Source: Lingula anatina
Taxonomy: Eukaryota; Animalia; Brachiopoda
Reading direction: 5' to 3'
Length of the DNA: 64,000 nucleotides
NCBI GenBank assembly: GCA_051362555.1
Contig: CM120640.1
Location: forward strand, 26,646,225-26,710,224
In this document: one piece after another, positions 1 through 14,100 of the stretch
How positions within the stretch are numbered: the first letter of the stretch is position 1
How the letters are laid out: each line of letters begins with the position of its first letter
The notes under the pieces: generated by a model
Database searches by the model: none
Seen by the model: only the letters and a program-made list of their open reading frames with translations
What the model was told of the DNA's origin: nothing
Program-made: the position numbers and the translations under genes

Positions 1-42
1 TCACTGAATCATGAAAATTGAAGCGCTTGTTATCTTCCTTAG

Positions 43-3000
43 GTCAAAGAGATGAGCTATGATCCTAAGTATAAGATGCGTAAATTGCAAGAATTCTGGA
101 TCAGTAGAGCTAGTGCTGAGCAAAGAAAAGGCAGAGCAGGTAGACTTAAATTATATATGTATTTGACCACAACATTCATACCTTATTAAACATTTTATTC
201 AATATTGAAACTAAATGAGCTAAAGAAAATGAATGAACCAATTAAAGACTAATTTTCAAGGTGAATTATAAATGCATCTCTTTCAATTGAAATATATTTT
301 TATTGTCATATGATTGAACAATTATCATCTCTTCTCACAGGAAGAACTGGGCCAGGTGTGTGTTACCGTTTGTATGATGAGAGTGACTATGATGCCTTCC
401 AGGAGTATGCCACTCCTGAGATACAGAGGGTACCATTGGATACATTGATCCTTCAGATGGTCTCTATGGGGCTACCTGATGCTAGAAAGTAAGTTCATAA
501 CATCTGTCTATATTTTTGGTTAATATACTTGAATCTGTGTGAAACTAGAGATGAATTGAAGTAAGAGCAGCATATACTAGTAGGTTGAAGTTTATATGAA
601 TATCTTTTGTAACTTCAGGTTTCCATTCATTGAACCACCATCTGACAGCAGCATAGAAAATTCTGTGGCTTTTCTGAAGGAACAGGTCAGCTCATTTTCC
701 CATATCCTATCATTTTTTAAATTTGTACTTGCATATTAGTGTGAACATAATCAAAGTAGATATTAAAGATTTTTTTAATTAAATTGCTTTCACAAGTATC
801 ACTATTTTTGTGATAGGTTATGTATCTGTTCACAGGGGGCTCTTACAGAAGATGAGAAACTGACCCCTATTGGTGAGATGCTTGCCCAGTTACCCGTGGA
901 TGTAGTCATTGGGAAAATGCTCATCCTTGGTTCCATATTTCAAGTAAGAGATTTTATAGCAGTGGTAATTTTGAGTAATAATAATAATATTATTTAATTA
1001 ACATGTTCATTTTTTTGTTGTTGTTGTATAACAGAAAAAAATATATAACCAGTCATATTTTTACAGTGTGACAAATTTAAGACACATATTATGTTTTTCT
1101 TTCAGATGATTGACCCTGTGTTGTCCATTGCTGCTGCCCTCAGCGTCCAGTCTCCTTTCACCAGCCGAGCTCACACTGACCATGATGCCGTTGTAAGCTG
1201 ATAAATGAACAAATAAATATGTTTATATAACTCCCTGGTCTTTGTACCTCAGATATTTTAAAGTAATTCTAGAAAGGTGTGTTTCAGCCAGGGCTGCTTA
1301 TGCCTGGAAATCAATCCTATTTGCATCGTCAAACAGCCAGATTACAAAGGTTACAAGTTGTTGTGGTGTGAACAAATCTCAAGTAAAACAAAGGTTCTTG
1401 TAAACAATGCCTATAAAATATTTGAATAATTGTTACTGGCAAGGGAATTTCCAGCACTGAAGATTTTCTTATAAAGTGATACATTTTTAACTCCTCAGAG
1501 CTCTAGGAAGTCCATTGAATCTGACCATGGGGACCCCTTTACTTTGCTTAATGCTTTTGATGAATGGATTCAGGTGAGACATTTTCTTACGGAAGAAATT
1601 AAAATTGTGCAGCATGCATATTCTATATAACTAAATATCTACCTTTGAAAAGTTTTCTTCGCTAAATTCGACATGTATATATGTATAGTGTCCATTATAC
1701 TTCCATTGTCATGAACTTCGGCTTCCTCCTGGTCACCATCTCAATATTTTGTTAAGTTAAAACCAACAAAAGCTTTCGTTTTTCCAGAAAAGTTTCTTTA
1801 GCCAGGTGAAACTTTCCAATTATAAGCCTTAAATACTTTTTTCATCACTTTGCAGTAAAGTGATTTGCCTCTCCCCTAGTATAGGCATTTCTTTTCAGAA
1901 TGTATTTGTATCTTGTGAGACTCCACTTATTGTATTCCGCCACAATGAGGTATTGCACCTTTGTGGATGATTCAGATGATGTGTTCACATAATCTACATA
2001 CTATTTTCCTCTTTGATGTTGACCTGATCTATGACTTTGTCTTCAACAAAATCCCAGTCATCATGTTCAACTACATATAAGTTTTGGATGCTATGTATAA
2101 TAACCTTGAGCTTGTTCCAAGGCGGTGAATTTTGTATCGGCATCTCTTTAAATGTATGTATCTTGAGTATCTCTTTAAATGTATGTGTCTTGATAGCTTA
2201 TAGTTTGTTTATCTGCTTCAGGTCAAAGCAGAGGGGCGAGGCACAAGAAAGTGGTGTAAAAGAAAGGGATTAGAAGAACAGAGATTTTATGAGATGACCA
2301 AGCTTAAGAGGCAGTTCCAGGAGTTGCTGAAGGTGAACATATCTCATCCTTGTATAATAATGATGAGAGATTTTCAATTAGAAATTTGAAAATGTCAAGC
2401 TTGTATAAAACTAATGAAGAGTTCCAGACCTGGAGATATGTATTGAATATTTATTTATTTATTCTTGATGACAACTGTTTCTCAGGACCATGGTCTAGTG
2501 GGGCAAGGGTCAGCGGGAGAGGCCCCAGATGAGAGATACTTGTCCAGTCAGGAGAGAGCTCAGAGACATGGGGACAGGAAGAGGTTGAGGGAGTTGAGGA
2601 GGGAGCAGCAAAAAGCCACAAAGAAAAGAAAAGTATTGAAAGTGACAGATGAGGTAACCACAGTCAGATTTGTCTTTGTCAAATGTCAAATGTTTCTATA
2701 TTAATTTTATATACTTACCATGACTAATCTTTTGTGTAAAACTATTAAGAATGAGCAGCCCAGTTTACTGTTTAGATTATTGTTACTTTTTATTTTATTT
2801 TCTTGCCTGTAAAGCTTAAATGGACCAGATAAAGTTGTTTTTTTTTATATATATTTTTGTAGGATTTTAAAGTTAGCAGTGATGAAGAAAATGATGTGGA
2901 GGCCAATGTTAAAGATTTGGAATTCAGACTGTCACATGACCTTGATCAGTTACAGGTGACATACATAGTTTTTTACACTGTTAATTTTATTTAACATCTT

Positions 3001-6000
3001 TGCCTCTTAATTTATTTAATTGCTTTATCTTCTGATAATTATGATTTGATCTTAAACCTGTTTTCAGTTGATGAATATCTATGTTTTTTTCATCAATCCT
3101 ATTTTTCTAATCCTTGGAAACAATGTAATTTTTTATGATAATGATTATTGTAGGAAAAATCCAGTCGCAGTTTCACTCTGCGTGATATCAACCTGTTAAA
3201 ACTGATCCTGTGCAGTGGACTCTATCCTCAGGTGGCCATAGCAGATGAATGCAACTCATATAAAGCAGACTCTGAGCAGGCATTTCATACAAAGGTGAGA
3301 TATTGATAGTTTTGTTTGATGTAGACATGATTGTATTTAATGGGCCCAATTCATATGAGATTACACAGACAAAGAGATCCAAATATTTGGACATCTGATG
3401 ATGCCAAAGTAGTCCTGTAAGAAGAACCATCTTTTTAAAGATGTTCACAAATAAAGTATATTGGAGGAATTTAGTTTGGATTATGAAGGTAAAGGGAAAG
3501 TGTTCAGTGAACATTAACACTGTAAACATTTATGTCATAGCTCTCATTATTTTTCTTCTGAAAATAAATCTATTTCCAAATTGGTTTTTGTTTATACAAT
3601 TAGAGACAATGCAATCTTTGTTATAGAATAATGGTTAATGGTATGATACTATTATATAATTTATTTCAGAGCAAGCCTTTTGTAGTGATCCACCCAACCA
3701 GTGTGCTTTCCTACCAGCCAGAGGTCTTACAGTTACAAGAGATAGACATGGAAAGAACTGAAGTAGGGAATCAGAAATATGTGATGAGCAGCAAGCATGA
3801 ACTGGTGGCATTTGTGTAAGTTGATATACTACAATGGTTTATGTCATTGTTTTTGTACCTAGACAAATTGACTGTATTATTAACACCTTGTAATGTACCC
3901 AGACCATTAAATCTACAGACTTAATCAGTTAATACTGGTGATCATTTTAGGAGCCTTTGAAAACTTCTCATATTATCTTGTATTGAAGATCCTTGTTGGA
4001 AACCAATAAGCCTTACCTTGTAAATCTGATGAGGGTCCCAGCACTGCAAACCCTGCTACTGTATTCAAACAGCCTGGACACCAATGCTGACTGCACCAGG
4101 TGAGAGACTTGCCCAAACTGTGTGACCAGACACCCAGGTGACATGGTTATATGATATTACTTACTGAAAATAAAGAGAGAGGGATCAGTGTAAATTGTGG
4201 GTTAGTTCAGCTAGGCGGAATGCAAGTGCTTCATTACAGAATCAAAAGATTATATAGCAGTGCTTTTTAGATTGGGTTTTCTTGCATTTTGTTGAAAAGT
4301 ACTATCCCAAGTTTTCATGAGAAATTTAAAAAAGTGTATGCTCACAGTCTGCATTATTTGATGCAGCTTAAGATCAATGGCTCACATCTCTGAAGCATTG
4401 TAATATCTTATGTACATGCTCTCATTTCCTTTGTTGATCAGTATGTTAAATCAGATCACACCTTGTCTCTGAGTTAAAAAACGCCATATTGAGCAGTGTT
4501 GGTTACCTGGTTATTGCAAATGATGAAGTTAGGCCAGGCAAAAATGGTTACCAAGAGTGACAAACACTAACTTTGAAGAAATCAGAATCTTTTTCCCTTT
4601 TTTTCCTCAAATGGAAAAAAGTATTTGGTATTGGTATGGTTAGTGAATCCAGGAAAAACCCAATGCTGTTTTTAGGCTCTAAAATTGCCCACACTGCGGA
4701 TTTGACATTTTCATCCCTAAATTAAACTTTAAAAAAGACAACAACCGAACCTGCAATTTAATTGCTATGCTCATAAAACATGTTTGTTACCAATATACAA
4801 AAATAATTTTTTCTACCTTTTTTACGAAGATTTGCTGCTCGTGAACAAACTTATTAGAATGAACCATGTTTATAACAGTTTCTTTACATCATTGCCCTAT
4901 TTAAGCAGTAATTTTTTTTTTTTCAAAATTAATATCTGTTTATCTTGTCTTTCAGAATTGTATGTGAAGGTTGGCTGGAGATAAGATTTGCAGAAGTGGA
5001 AGCTGCAGAGAACATCATGTCTGCTGTTATCCAGCTCAGAACTCTGCTGCAAGAGTTGCTCAAGATGAAACTTCAAGGTACAGTTTTCCTCCATTACCCA
5101 CATTATTCATAGCCATAATCAAACATCACTCCTCTCGTAATCTGCATCATTTTTAGACATTTTCAGTTACTCCAAGGAGACACACCGAATCTTATGCTTG
5201 ATAAACACATAAACTGATTCAGAAACTCCCACATTAAGATCTGCCCCTATTGTTGGACATAGACAGGAAAACACAAAGGCTGTCCCTGTCAGATGATGGG
5301 TTCATCCATTGTCTTTGTACTAACTAAATAAAACACACAATAGTGACTGTCATAGCCACATGCTGGAGCATCGAGACACATTTGATTCCGCTCCCCATGT
5401 GATCTGACCCTTTCTGTTGCGCTTTTTGCACTAAATTTCCTTCAGCTGACCTTCAGTGGTAGTTACACATTAAGATCTTGATCCTGCTTTCATGTGGTAA
5501 TACTATAAAAGAGCATTACAAACAATGCCTGTAAGCTTTTTTAAACTACACTTGGCACAGACCATTGTGTATTGTTGCTATGAATAGAAAGAATGCTTCT
5601 ATTTGAGAAACCGAATAATTTATGACAATATGGTCAATTGCTTCTTTTTTTTTCATTGTTGTAGTTGTTTTTCATTGTCTTGCTGCTGTCTATATGTCTG
5701 TACTTTTGCATGCCACAAAAATCTTTGTTACGCTTCAACATGAAAACATTAAGAGAAAATTTCATGTGATTTTTGTGGCAATCAAGTATATGCCCTGTGT
5801 ATGTGCCTTGTCAGTTATCAAGAAGTACAATTCAATCAAAAAAACTTATAGAACAGGCTCAGCTTGTCATGTCTTTCAGTAAGATAATGCATGTAATAAA
5901 ATCAACTGAACTTAAGGCGTGTATGGGCATTAAGGCCTGGCTAGTCCTGGCACAGTTAATGCCTTATTAGTTTAAGCCAGCATCAGACCAATAAGTCTGA

Positions 6001-9000
6001 GGTTAACAGACTATTGAAACCACAATTGTTATTACAGAGCTTACGGTTAACCACGTTTTTTCTTTGTTTTTTAAGTTTCTGAACTTAAACTTACAATGGG
6101 AAAAAGTATATCTGTCTGCTTTGTTAGAAAATGTTTATTTAGAGAATTTTGATATCCTTTGATATATTTCTCCTTTTCACATCATTGTTCAAACAAAAAG
6201 GTTTTTTTTTTCCTTTCATTTTGTCTTTGTTGGTATGTAAAAGCGAAGATCAACATTTTTTATTAAGTTATTGCTTGTTTCTCTGTTTATCAAACTTTGT
6301 AGTTCATTGTACACCATTGTGATGCCTTTAAAACGACTCTAGATAAAGCTTTAGGGGGTATTACTATATTTTGCAGGATTTATGAGTTAAATTTGCTGGT
6401 GTTATTTCTGTTTTATGGGCATTAGTTTCTTAATTCAGTGTGTAGGTTTTTTCTTGAAAGAGTCAGTTTCCATCTGCATTACATTGGAGTAGGTCAAGTT
6501 CGCGCACTTATTGCCTCTGTGAATTTTTACAAACATTGGTGTTGGATTATTTCCCACTGAATCAGCTTTCCATAAAAACATTAACAGGACAAAGACTTCT
6601 TCAAAAGGAGGACCAGTCAAAGCTGATTTCTTGAGCTCTTTTCTCAAGCTGCATTTTTTGTCCAGGCACTAAAAACTTCCAGTTGAGAGTTCTAATTGTC
6701 ACCACCCACTTGCCATTAACTATTGCAAGAGTGCTAATGTACTATTAGAGATGAGAGTCACTGTCATGGAATCTGCACTCTCTCACTGATACTTGACATC
6801 CCTGGGGTGGGTTAGTGACTGCCCCATGTGTTCAGATCAACTTACATTGTTAGTGACATTGTTTTTCTGTTTATAGTGACATCGGCTCAGTTGTTGCTGA
6901 TGGACCATGGCTCTTGAGGTTTGGGATGGACTGGTGTGTGGTTAAAACAAGATACATAGAGCATTGTTTTACAAACCACAGTTTAATCTGTTTTGACAAA
7001 AACATGTTGACAAAGAATAGAGGAGAGGTGTAATGCTGCAATCAAAATGACAAACACATCGCGGAAGTGATTTATTCCCCCATTCATTCTGAAGAATTGT
7101 AACATTTATTGACATTTCAAACAAGTGGAATGACTATATATCTTTTTAACTCCTGCACTCTGTAACAATCTAATAGTCAACCATGCAGAGAAGAAAATTT
7201 TGATTTAAAAACCATTTGGGGTTTCAACTTAAATTCTCAATTTCATATAACTTGGGATAAATTACGAGCTTTTCTTGCAGTGGCATGACAAGAATTCATT
7301 ACAGATGATTTAGATATTTGTACTGGTTTCCCACTCTCTAAACAGGGAATTCATAACAGCTTCTCAAAGAAATTTTTAAAGAAACATTTTTGTTATTTTT
7401 GCATTTACTTTGCTGCATTTTTTCATACTTTAAAGTAGTGACATTCTAACTCACATATTTCCTGTTGCTCTTAAATGCTGTAAATGTTATGTCAGGAGTC
7501 AATAATCCAGTCAGTGTGAACTTTTAATTATGAAAATAGAAGAAATTCATTTAAAAAAGATAGTAGAAACAATTGATAAACAACCACAAATTAAATCTTA
7601 CTAAAATTGGTTCAGAGTTTATAAAAGATAGGAAAATTTTAACCAGTATCACTTCAATTCATCCACTCACTTCCAGATACTATCAACAAAAAAGAACAGG
7701 ATGAAAAAGACAAGTTCAACCCAAAGTTCAGAAAGCTGGAACGACTTCTGGCTGGCAAGCTGACCAGTTTCCTGGATAGTAAAGTGGTGTACTCTATCCG
7801 CCGAGTTCTGGCTGCTGAACTCCAGCACCTTTATTTGGGCCCAAGCAAAGGTAAAGACTGACGCCTTGATCCATTTTTAAGTTACAAAATTCTTCACAGA
7901 GTTTTGCAAGAATTTTTGTTTATGATTTTCAGTGGAATCTGGAAGTAGTGTTTAATTTCTTTATGTATTCGAATTTACTTTCAAATGTGTAGATCCTTTA
8001 AATCTTTTTATTACAAAGATTGACATGATCCATCATTCAAATAAGCCATGTAGGGAGCAAAGTTGATATGACTGATACAAAGCTTGAAAAGCACAGTGGT
8101 GCTGAGTTTAAGAATGTATGCCCCGTGTAGTACTTTCATGTAGTGCCCTCAGAGGCACATAATAAGGTGAAAGACTAAGAATCATACTGATTTTGATCTA
8201 CTTATAGCCTCAAAGCCTTAAATGTCAAAGTACTTTAAGTTTCCCCAGAGATCGGCATCATGTTTAAAAAAATGCAAAATTTAAAAGTACATGCAATTGT
8301 TTAAATAAAATTATGCATAGTGAAAAAAGCATTAGCCTGAAAGGATATATTCATTTTAACAACTCTATATGCAGCTAAATAAATGATATACAGATATAGC
8401 TATGTTTTTTTCTACAGCCTATAGCCTCATATAAGAAAAATGAAACTTTAAGTCAGTTTTTAAGCATTTGATATTTAGAAGGTATACTTTCCAGATGTCA
8501 AAGGTGGTGATGATGTAATCAGTGATATTATGAAGTTCTCTTCATTGGGAGGGGACCCACACCCAGTGAAAGGAGGGATCCAAGTCAAGGAATATTTGGT
8601 ATACAATTGGTGAGTAATATGCAGCTGATCTTAGCTTGTATACTAAAGAGCAGCTTTATTTGGTAATTATAATGTATGTTTAGAATTCAAGACATTGGCT
8701 CTCCTGATAACACTGAATATCGCAATTAAAAAAATGGTATACAAAAGTCTCAGATTAACTTAAGTTGGGATGGTGTGTTTTTTATCATTATGTCTGGTGA
8801 CTGGGTAGCAGAATGGTATGGCAGAGCACTAGATTAACATGGAGGTTGGGGATTTGAATTCTGTTGGCAAAAAGTCCACATGGAATCCCTATACACTTTC
8901 TCCATAGTGTCTCTGTTCACCTAGTTGTAGAAATGGGTATTAGCACGATTTGTTTGGGAGTTACCTGCAATAGACTGTCACTAACCGTGGGAGGTGAAAG

Positions 9001-11427
9001 CTACAGAGTCTTTCTCGATGACCATTGTTCTGTATATGAGTTTTCCACTATTGTCAAAATTTTACCCAGTAACTGTTGTCATAGCTATTTTTACTATGGT
9101 TATTTTTTGTTGGGCATGTCAATTTTATCAAAGAATTGTGTACAAAACAAGTAAGGTTGCAAAAAAAAAACATTTGCCAAGTTGAGTCTGTACATAACCT
9201 CAAGTCAGAAGTTTATTTTTCTTTCAAGAAGTTGCAGGGAAAGAGAAGTGATATATCCCACATGATATAGTCAACACATAACAGATGGACATCTGCCAAA
9301 GAGGAAAATTATGCTTTAAACATAAAGGCTGTTCTGGCATCTCCATTCATACCTTCTTTGTTTATGAAGTTTGTCCTTGATTGCCTCTGAACTAGATGTT
9401 TCCCCCAATTGACTAGTGTAACTTCATTGGGAAAGTGATTTAAGCAAGCATTATAATTTAAGATTCTAAAAATACAAACTATTGTGAAATGTTTTTGTTT
9501 GTTATTTGTTTAAATCTAAGTTTGGTTCGTGCAACTAACTTTTGGCATTTACAAAATGTTATAAGAGCTTCAAAATTTGGCAAATATTTTGTTTTAGTTG
9601 GCTTTTTTATGCAATAGTTATATACTATACATCATAATCATTGTTGGTTAAGCACATTTAAAAATAAAAATGGTGTCTAGTATTTTTCATCAAAATTGTT
9701 CATTCGACACTCCTGCTCTCTAAGTGTATTTTTCTGATCTTAATCTGCAATTCTGCCCTCTACAAAATGTACCCCAGGGTCATGTTGCCCTTTATTGTAC
9801 AGTATTATGAAGTGCCTGTGCATGTAATGAAGCTGCGTTGTTGTTTTTTTAACCTATGGGGTCCTTCAGCTGTGTCTTAAGATATCCACGTAATTTTTTA
9901 AGGGAAAAAATGTAGCATTATCTAAAATTGTTTTAAGAAAAAACAGACAATGTCATTTAGAGTATCAGATTCCCTAAGAGATATGAATTGAAATGGCTCA
10001 GGAATTTGGTTATCATCTCTGTCATCAAAAATCTATTTTTGTTTCAGTACTCTTTTGGAAATGACAAAAACTATGAGATAGCAAATTATCAACACTAATT
10101 GTGACTTTTTAAAATGTGACATAGTTCTTAAATTTATTAATATCATGGGTGTCAATTTTGCATTTTCCCCTTCTTAACTTAAAGCAGAAACCATAAAATT
10201 TACTCTTTACTCTTTAACACCTTTGGATCTAAACACATTATACCTGGTGGTTTTCATCCTTGATATATATGTAAAAGAAAAAGTTTTAGGGATTATGAAT
10301 GACTTAGGTTATCAGTCTTTCTTATTTTTACCCTGAACATGTGCCCTCAAACAATCTAGTAACAGCATAAGTAGTGGCAGAAGTGGCCATATATCATAAT
10401 TCAAGTGTTGTCTTCTTAGTTTTATTAGAAATGTCAAAATGTGTGGCCCCTGCCCTTCTTGTTCCCCAGCTGAAGTCTGCCCCAGCAGGCCTCCTTCCTC
10501 CCAGTTAGAATAAATTACATGATTCACCCCTGCAGACTTCAGCTGTGTATTAGTTCCCTAGTGGTGTTCAGTGCATTGAGGCATGGGCAGCTGCATAGAC
10601 ATGGCAACACGTTTCCAGTAGAAAAGGTGGTGGTTGATTTACATGTTGCAACTTTGTAGAAGTACTTTTGTCTCCCTGTCTCTGTAGGTGAAATGAAAAT
10701 ATGTGCACTATTTGTGTGGATATTTATTATTTATGCTATGATTTCTGCTATAATTTTAATTGATTCAATTTTATTTAATGCTATATAATAACTTAACACT
10801 ATTATTTTACTAGAGGGACCTTTCAATAAAAGTAGCTGTCACTGGCCAAATTTTGAACACCATATTTGTGTTTTTCCTGTATTTATAGTTTTGCCTGGGT
10901 TAATGAGGAGACATAAATCTTGGACTTGTTACCCATTTAACCTTTCAACCAGAATACCAGATATGAGATTAAAAATATAATGCTCCATTGGTTCCTAACA
11001 TATTGCGGTTGTCTCATGAATTCAAACATTTTTCCATTCTAAGTAAATTTTAGTTTTGAACATGGCCAAAAACACTTCCTGTACAATGTACCACTTATTG
11101 CAAAAAAAAAAAAAAAATGCGAATGGTGTGGGGGTATGCTTTCCCAGACCTGTTCTTGACCCAGATTTCATTGTACCTTTAACTTTTCAGTTGTACTGGC
11201 ATGACTAAGATATTGTTAGAAAAAGATTACAGTTTTCTTTGCTTGATTAACCCATGTGTTTGAAATGTACTCAAAGAATACCAATTACCAAAAGAATCTC
11301 ATATCCATTAGTTTTTAGCTAATAAAGGCTTGGTGAAACAGCCCGCAGAGCACCTCTTGGCTGTATACTTGCATGGGTGGAAGTTTTTAGGATTATGGAT
11401 TTTAGGATTTTCAGTCATTGATTTATT

Positions 11428-11476
<49 letters not shown>

Positions 11477-13553
11477 TATCTTCATTTTCATAATTTTTAG
11501 TCTTTTTTACAACTTTCACCCATGTACCTGTGGAGACAGAACCTCTGGCCCTACAGTTTACATTTTGTTGTACTTTAAAAATAGATGTCGGCTTGATTAA
11601 TTTTCTTTTCAGCTTTTTGAATTAATATTTTATTTTGCTTTTTACCTTTAGAAATTTATAAAAGATGTATGTTACTTTCAGCTTACAGGGTGATGCGGAA
11701 GCCTCGGTGTATGGTGAATATACCACCTACATGCAGAAGCACTGGACATGCCCAAAATGTTCAGAGTCAATGATTGTCACCCTGATGGAGCGATTACAGC
11801 ATGAAAGTCAGTGTCAGGTGACAGATGACACAGGTAACAACTTTTGAGTGATTTCTTCAACAATCCCTGTATAAAACACCAACAATATGTGTATAATGGA
11901 GACTGTGTGATTCCCATGATTTATTGGTATCTGGCTGGTGTGAAAATGTGGTCTGGTGAACTCCATGTGGTCCCTATAACTATGTACAGTTTTACTTGAG
12001 CATAAAATCTAAGTCATAACCTATCATGTGTGATTTGAAACTTAACTCCACACAGCTGGAGACACCCCGCCACTGCTAAAAGGAATATCTTTTTATTTGG
12101 GGAACATAAAAATACTTCAATGTTGCTTATTGAAAAAATCCCCCAAAGTGTGAAGGTTGTTTTTACTAGAAGTAAAGAAAATTTTACATTTCACTGCCCA
12201 CATTGTACCTTGTACACTTTTTTTTTGGTTGGTATTGATTTTTTTTTTCAAGCTGGAGCTTAAGGCAAATTTTAGCAACATGACCATCATTGAAACTGGA
12301 CATATAAATCCTTATTTGACATTTAAGTGGTGATCTTATGTTATTTTTAATTGAAAAAGATATGGATATATTTCTTTTTGGATATATGTCCTGTAGCTAT
12401 TCTTCAAGCTCTTTAGTTCTCTTTCAAATTATTTAAATTTTTGAAATTATATAGAATGTTGAAGCATAAGAGAAATATCAGAGATTGTGCACTTAAAATT
12501 GAAGACTATATTTGAAACACAATTTAGGTATGTTATTTTTAAAAAATTAACTTAAAAAAAAATTAAGAGAACCTCCAACTTGTTAAGTCACAGAGTACAC
12601 TTTAGTCAACAGTCTAATTCAGTTTAATGTGTGAGGGAAAGTGTGCAATTTAAAGTCATCTAGTACTTTGTAAGTTGACATGCTTTATTAGCTTTGAGTG
12701 TTAAACTTCAAAAATAATAACAATGAATCATACATTTTTCTCTTTGAGATGTGAGACCATGCCATTCTCTTGCCTTATATGGTTTTTGCCCCAAAAATCC
12801 AGACATTTGTCAACTCCATTCCTTCTTTAAATAGGCATTACTTTTGATAATGTTTTCTTGGGCCTGCTATGGTTATATAGTGGACAGGTGGACACATCCG
12901 GCCATGCTACTCCATAAAAACTTTCTCTCTTCCTGTTTTAATCCATTAATCAATTTTTAACTAAATGGCAGTGTAACATTACTGCGGTTTGTACTTGATT
13001 TTGATTCTGTCCTCCACTTATCATAATGAGGATTCAGACATAGTTGCCTGCTGTTTCACATTTGGTATGGCTACAAGGTTCAGATAGAGTACTTCTTTCT
13101 GGTCAAATGTGACAGCCTACTTGCCTACACTTCAACTTTAGTTACAGTGATTTAGGAAGGTATAAAGATCTGTTCTGGATGTTGCACTTTCATGAAGTTG
13201 CCATCTTTTTTTTCCTGAAAAAACAGGTTTCTGTTGTTGTATTCCACATTGTATTTCTTTTGTTTGTTTGTTCTTTTGTTTCAAATTCTAGAATCTTTTC
13301 AGTCATTTGCATTTTTTTGCGTGAGCATCAAGCAGTGTGGTTTGCATATATCTACTGCAGTACAGTGTTACCTGATTTTTCCAGATACAATAATTATTTT
13401 ATCATCTTCATTCCAGACACTGGAACAAAAGAAGGGACAAGTCAGGAGTTGAACCCATTACGCAGACACTACCATTGTGACACCTGCCGACAAGACTTTG
13501 CTTTTACTACAACAGAAATTCTCAAACATAAGAAGTCACACTCTGCTAGTTGA
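43..13553 (+). CDS. DHX34: Probable ATP-dependent RNA helicase DHX34 (5'-partial; gene starts upstream of the window)
   Basis: GT-AG exons at about 43-139, 341-488, 619-685, 836-943, 1106-1192, 1499-1573, 2222-2332, 2486-2653, 2863-2955, 3154-3294, 3670-3815, 3989-4099, 4956-5077, 7677-7850, 8495-8609, 11682-11833, 13417-13553. Translation shows DEAH motif VI ([21 protein letters not shown]), the HA2 region ([27 protein letters not shown]), DHX34-typical [12 protein letters not shown] and C-terminal Cys/His fingers (WTCPKC..H..C; [14 protein letters not shown]). Confidence 0.93.
8797..8985 (+). mobile_element. Decayed tRNA-derived SINE-like element in a DHX34 intron
   Basis: tRNA-like head (gggtagcagaatggt ... 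gggatttgaattct, degenerate A/B boxes) followed by 'gtgtctctgttcacctagttgtagaaatgggta', which resembles the central core shared by many invertebrate SINEs. Recognised by eye only. Confidence 0.5.
11429..11473. repeat. Poly-T tract (~45 nt), intronic
   Basis: Uninterrupted T run seen directly. Confidence 0.9.
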
Positions 13554-14094
13554 CACCTTGTTAAAATTCACTGAAAATTTCAAAAAGGTTGTGTCAAAAG
13601 AGGCTTCATTTTAACTTTAAGTTGGAGTTGACATAATAATGTAAGAGTACAACATTTGGAGGGGAGCATAATTACAGAATGTAGTGCATTAAAAGGAAAA
13701 AGTAACTGATTTTCACCAAGTTTTTTTACAGGCTGTATATCAGTGACAGTTTTCCTGTTACACTGAAAAAAAATCAAGATACCATATCTTACAAGGAAAG
13801 GATACCTTCAGTCCAGAAAGAGGGACAAAAGATACAAACTTGATTAGATCTGATGTTGGATAATGAAAAAAAAAAAACTACTGCCGCTACCTCTTAGATC
13901 AGCATTGGATCCTGTATCAAACAGGAAGTGTGTTTGGTAGGTTGCAGGAACTTGAGTCACATTTTAATTCCTGGACCAAATCGTGACTGTGTAAAATCAC
14001 TGTAAAATGGTGTCTGTGTTTGACTTGCATCTATTCTGTCAATCAGTTATGAAAATGACTTTTCAATTTATGTCTGAACATATTTACTAATGTA

Positions 14095-14100
14095 AATAAA
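14095..14100 (+). terminator. Candidate polyadenylation signal of DHX34
   Basis: AATAAA ~540 nt after the stop codon, followed by T/GT-rich sequence. Confidence 0.45.

Noticed and set aside
3816-3988. DHX34 intron with an AAG acceptor as a possible U12 intron
   Set aside because: The donor is an ordinary GTAAGT with no RTATCCTT signature.
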